37,215 bases of DNA from Macrostomum lignano (taxonomy: Eukaryota). The position numbers and the translations under genes are program-made. Within the stretch, counting starts at the first letter, position 1, and each line of letters opens with the position of its first letter. Location: assembly GCA_002269645.1 (NCBI GenBank), contig NIVC01002801.1, positions 1 to 37,215 of the forward strand, read 5' to 3'. Positions 33,701-37,215 of this stretch are shown in pieces. Under the pieces are notes generated by a model. That model was not told the DNA's origin, made no database searches, and saw only the letters and a list, made by a program, of their open reading frames with translations.

Positions 33701-36700
33701 TCGAATGACCTGTGGGTAGCTCCATCGATGACCTGTGGGTAGCTCCATCGAATGACCTGAGGGTAGCTCCATCGATGAACTGAGGTAGCTCCATCGATGA
33801 ACCTGAGGGTAGCTCCATCGGATGAACCTGAGGGTAGCTCCATCGATGAACCTGAGGGTAGCTCCATCGGATGAACTGAGGGTAGCTCCATCGGATGAAT
33901 CTGAGGTAGCTCCATCGAATGACCTGTGGGTACTCCATCGAATGACCTGTGGGTAGCTCCATCGAATGACCTGTGGGTAGCTCCATCGAATGACCTGTGG
34001 TAGCTCCATCGATGACCTGTGGGTAGCTCCATCGAATGACTGTGGGTAGCTCCATCGAATGACCTGTGGTAGCTCCATCGAATGACCTGTGGGTAGCTCC
34101 ATCGAATGACCTGTGGGTAGCTCCATCGAGGACCTGTGGGTAGCTCCATCGAATGACTGTGGGTAGCTCCATCGATGAACCTGAGGGTAGCTCCATCGAT
34201 GAACCTGAGGGTAGCTCCATCGATGAACCTGAGGGTAGCTCCATCGAATGAACCTGAGGGTAGCTCCATCGATGACCTGAGGGTAGCTCCATCGATGAAC
34301 CTGAGGTAGCTCCATCGATGAATCTGAGGGTAGCTCCATCGATGACCTGAGGGTAGCTCCATCGATGAGGGACCTGTGGTAGCTCCATCGAGACCTGTGG
34401 TAGCTCCATCGAATGACCTGTGGGTAGCTCCATCGAATGACCTGTGGGTAGCTCCATCGAATGACCTTGGGTAGCTCCATCGGATGACCTGAGGGTAGCT
34501 CCATCGATGAACCTGAGGGTAGCTCCATCGGATGAACCTGAGGGTAGCTCCATCGGATGAACCTGAGGGTAGCTCCATCGATGAACCTGTGGGTAGCTCA
34601 TCGGAAATGACTGTGGTAGCTCCATCGAATGACCTGTGGGTAGCTCCATCGAATGACCTGTGGTAGCTCCATCGAATGACCTGTGGGTAGCTCCATCGAA
34701 TGACCTGTGGGTAGCTCCATCGAATGACCTGTGGTAGCTCCATCGATGAACTGTGGGTAGCTCCATCGATGACCTGTGGTAGCTCCATCGAATGAACCTG
34801 TGGGTAGCTCCATCGATGAACCTGAGGTAGCTCCATCGGATGAACCTGAGGGTAGCTCCATCGGATGAACTGAGGGTAGCTCCATCGATGAATCTGAGGG
34901 TAGCTCCATCGAATGACCTGTGGGTAGCTCCATCGAATGACCTGTGGGTAGCTCCATCGAATGACCTGTGGTAGCTCCATCGAATGACCTGTGGTAGCTC
35001 CATCGAATGACCTGTGGGTAGCTCCATCGAATGACCTGTGGGTAGCTCCATCGAATGACCTGTGGGTAGCTCCATCGATGACCTGTGGGTACTCCATCGA
35101 AGACCTGTGGGTAGCTCCCATCGATGAACCTGAGGTAGCTCCATCGATGACCTGTGGGTAGCTCATCGGATGACCTGAGGGTAGCTCCATCGGATGACCT
35201 GAGGGTAGCTCCATCGATGAACCTGCGTGGGTAGCTCCATCGATGAACTGAGGTAGCTCCATCGAATGACTGTGGGTAGCTCCATCGAATGACCTGTGGG
35301 TAGCTCCATCGGAATGACCTGTGGGTAGCTCCATCGAATGACCTGTGGGTAAGCTCCATCGAATGACCTGTGGTAGCTCCATCGAGAACCTGAGGGTAGC
35401 TCCATCGATGAACTGAGGGTAGCTCCATCGGATGACCTGAGGGTAGCTCCATCGATGACCTGAGGGTAGCTCCATCGGATGAATGAGGGTAGCTCCATCG
35501 ATGAACCTGAGGGTAGCTCCATCGATGAATCTGAGGGTAGCTCCATCGAATGACCTGTGGTACTCCATCGAATGACCTGTGGGTAGCTCCATCGAATGAC
35601 CTGTGGGTAGCTCCATCGAATGACCTGTGGGTAGCTCCATCGAATGACCTGTGGGTAGCTCCATCGAATGACCTGTGGTAGCTCCATCGAAATGACCTGT
35701 GGGTAGCTCCATCGAATGACCTGTGGGTAGCTCCATCGAATGACCTGTGGGTAGCTCCATCGATGAACCTGAGGTAGCTCCATCGATGAACTGAGGGTAG
35801 CTCCATCGGATGAACCTGAGGTAGCTCCATCGGAATGACACCGTGAGGTAGCTCCATCGGATGAACCTGAGGGTAGCTCCATCGATGAACTGAGGTAGCT
35901 CATCGATGAACCTGAGGGTAGCTCCATCGATGAACCTGAGGTAGCTCCATCGAATGACCTGTGGGTAGCTCCATCGAATGACCTGTGGGTAGCTCCATCG
36001 AATGACCTGTGGGTAGCTCCATCGAATGACCTGTGGTAGCTCCATCGAATGAATCTGTGGGTAGCTCCACGGATGATCCTGAGGGTAGCTCCATCGATGA
36101 ACCTGGGGTAGCTCCATCGGATGAACCTGAGGTGTAGCTCCATCGGATGAACCTGAGGGTAGCTCCATCGATGACCTGAGGGTAGCTCATCGATGAACTG
36201 AGGGTAGCTCCATCGAATGACCTGTGGGAGCTCCATCGAATGACCTGTGGGTAGCTTCCATCGAATGACCTGTGGGTAGCTCCATCGAATGACCTGTGGG
36301 TAGCTCCATCGAATGACCTGTGGGTAGCTCCATCGAATGACCTGTGGTAGCTCCATCGAATGACCTGTGGTAGCTCCATCGAATGACCTGTGGTAGCTCC
36401 ATCGAATGACCTGTGGGTAGCTCGCATGAGACCTGAGGGTAGCTCCATCGATGAACCTGAGGTAGCTCTCGGATGAATGCTGAGGGTAGCTCCATCGGAT
36501 GAACCTGAGGGTAGCTCCATCGATGACCTGTGGTAGCTCCATCGAATGACTGGGTAGCTCCATCGAATGAACCTGAGGGTAGCTCCATCGAATGACTGTG
36601 GGTAGCTCATCGAATGACCTGTGGGTAGCTCCATCGAATGACCTGTGGTAGCTCCATCGATGAACCTGTGGGTAGCTCCATCGAATGACCTGTGGGTAGC

Positions 36701-37215
36701 TCCATCGAATGACCTGTGGTAGCTCCATCGGATGACTGAGGGTAGCTCCATCGATGACCTGAGGTAGCTCATCGATGAATCTGAGGGTACTCCATCGATG
36801 AACCTGTGGTAGCTCCATCGATGACCTGTGGGTAGCTCCATCGAATGACCTGTGGTAGGCTCCATCGAATGACCTAGGGTAGCTCCATCGATGAACCTGA
36901 GGGTAGCTCCATCGAATGACCTGTGGGTAGCTCCATCGATGACCTGAGGGTAGCTCCATCGATGAACCTGTGGGTAGCTCCATCGAATGACCTGTGGGTA
37001 GCTCCATCGAATGACCTGTGGGTAGCTCCATCGAATGACCTGTGGTAGCTCCATCGAATGACCTGTGGGTAGCTCCATCGAATGACCTGTGGGTAGCTCC
37101 ATCGAATGACCTGAGGGTAGCTCCATCGAATGAACCTGAGGTAGCTCCATCGAATGAACCTGAGGGTAGCTCCATCGGAATGAACCTGAGGGTAGCTCCA
37201 TCGATGAACCTGAGG
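21770..37215. repeat. Large satellite (>15.4 kb, ~630 monomers, runs off the window): 24-bp A (GAATGACCTGTGGGTAGCTCCATC) and 25-bp B (GGATGAACCTGAGGGTAGCTCCATC) in alternating blocks
   Basis: Direct reading. Head-to-tail units with no unique spacers; rare variants recur at ~2.24 kb spacing. Confidence 0.99.

Noticed and set aside
21623-37201. Giant ORFs (4502, 2947, 2332, 1024 aa etc.) as protein-coding genes
   Set aside because: They result from stop-free satellite monomers. They are open in all three frames, switch frame with each 25-bp unit, and show no domain or splice structure.
21770-37215. CRISPR array
   Set aside because: The 24-25-bp repeats are head-to-tail with no unique spacers, there are no cas genes, and the context is eukaryotic and intron-containing.

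Overview
Eukaryotic (invertebrate metazoan) genomic DNA; no prokaryotic features. Two spliced genes lie in tandem on the minus strand, both rebuilt by hand from splice sites and protein similarity. (1) A 6-exon flotillin-2 (FLOT2) gene, 4424->381. It gives 428 aa once one extra base in exon 3 is removed; as written it is frameshifted. (2) A 4-exon SLC17/VGLUT-like MFS transporter, 17106->6261, 550 aa, whose predicted substrate pocket has acidic residues where VGLUTs have His/Arg. Roughly 60% of the window is tandem repeat: about nine minisatellite arrays in the introns and 3' region, (GA)n and (CT)n tracts, a ~1.25 kb (GATA)n array, and a >15 kb satellite (21770 to window end). That satellite is built from two 24/25-bp monomers arranged in blocks with a ~2.24 kb higher-order period. 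A small hAT-like MITE lies at 20072-20317. The very long ORFs in the track (up to 4502 aa) are artefacts of stop-free repeat units. GC-rich exons with repeat-filled introns would fit a flatworm such as Macrostomum, but that is a guess. I did not find a clearly novel multi-gene system. The best leads are the charge-altered SLC17, the minisatellites that appear to supply splice acceptors, and the hierarchical two-monomer satellite.
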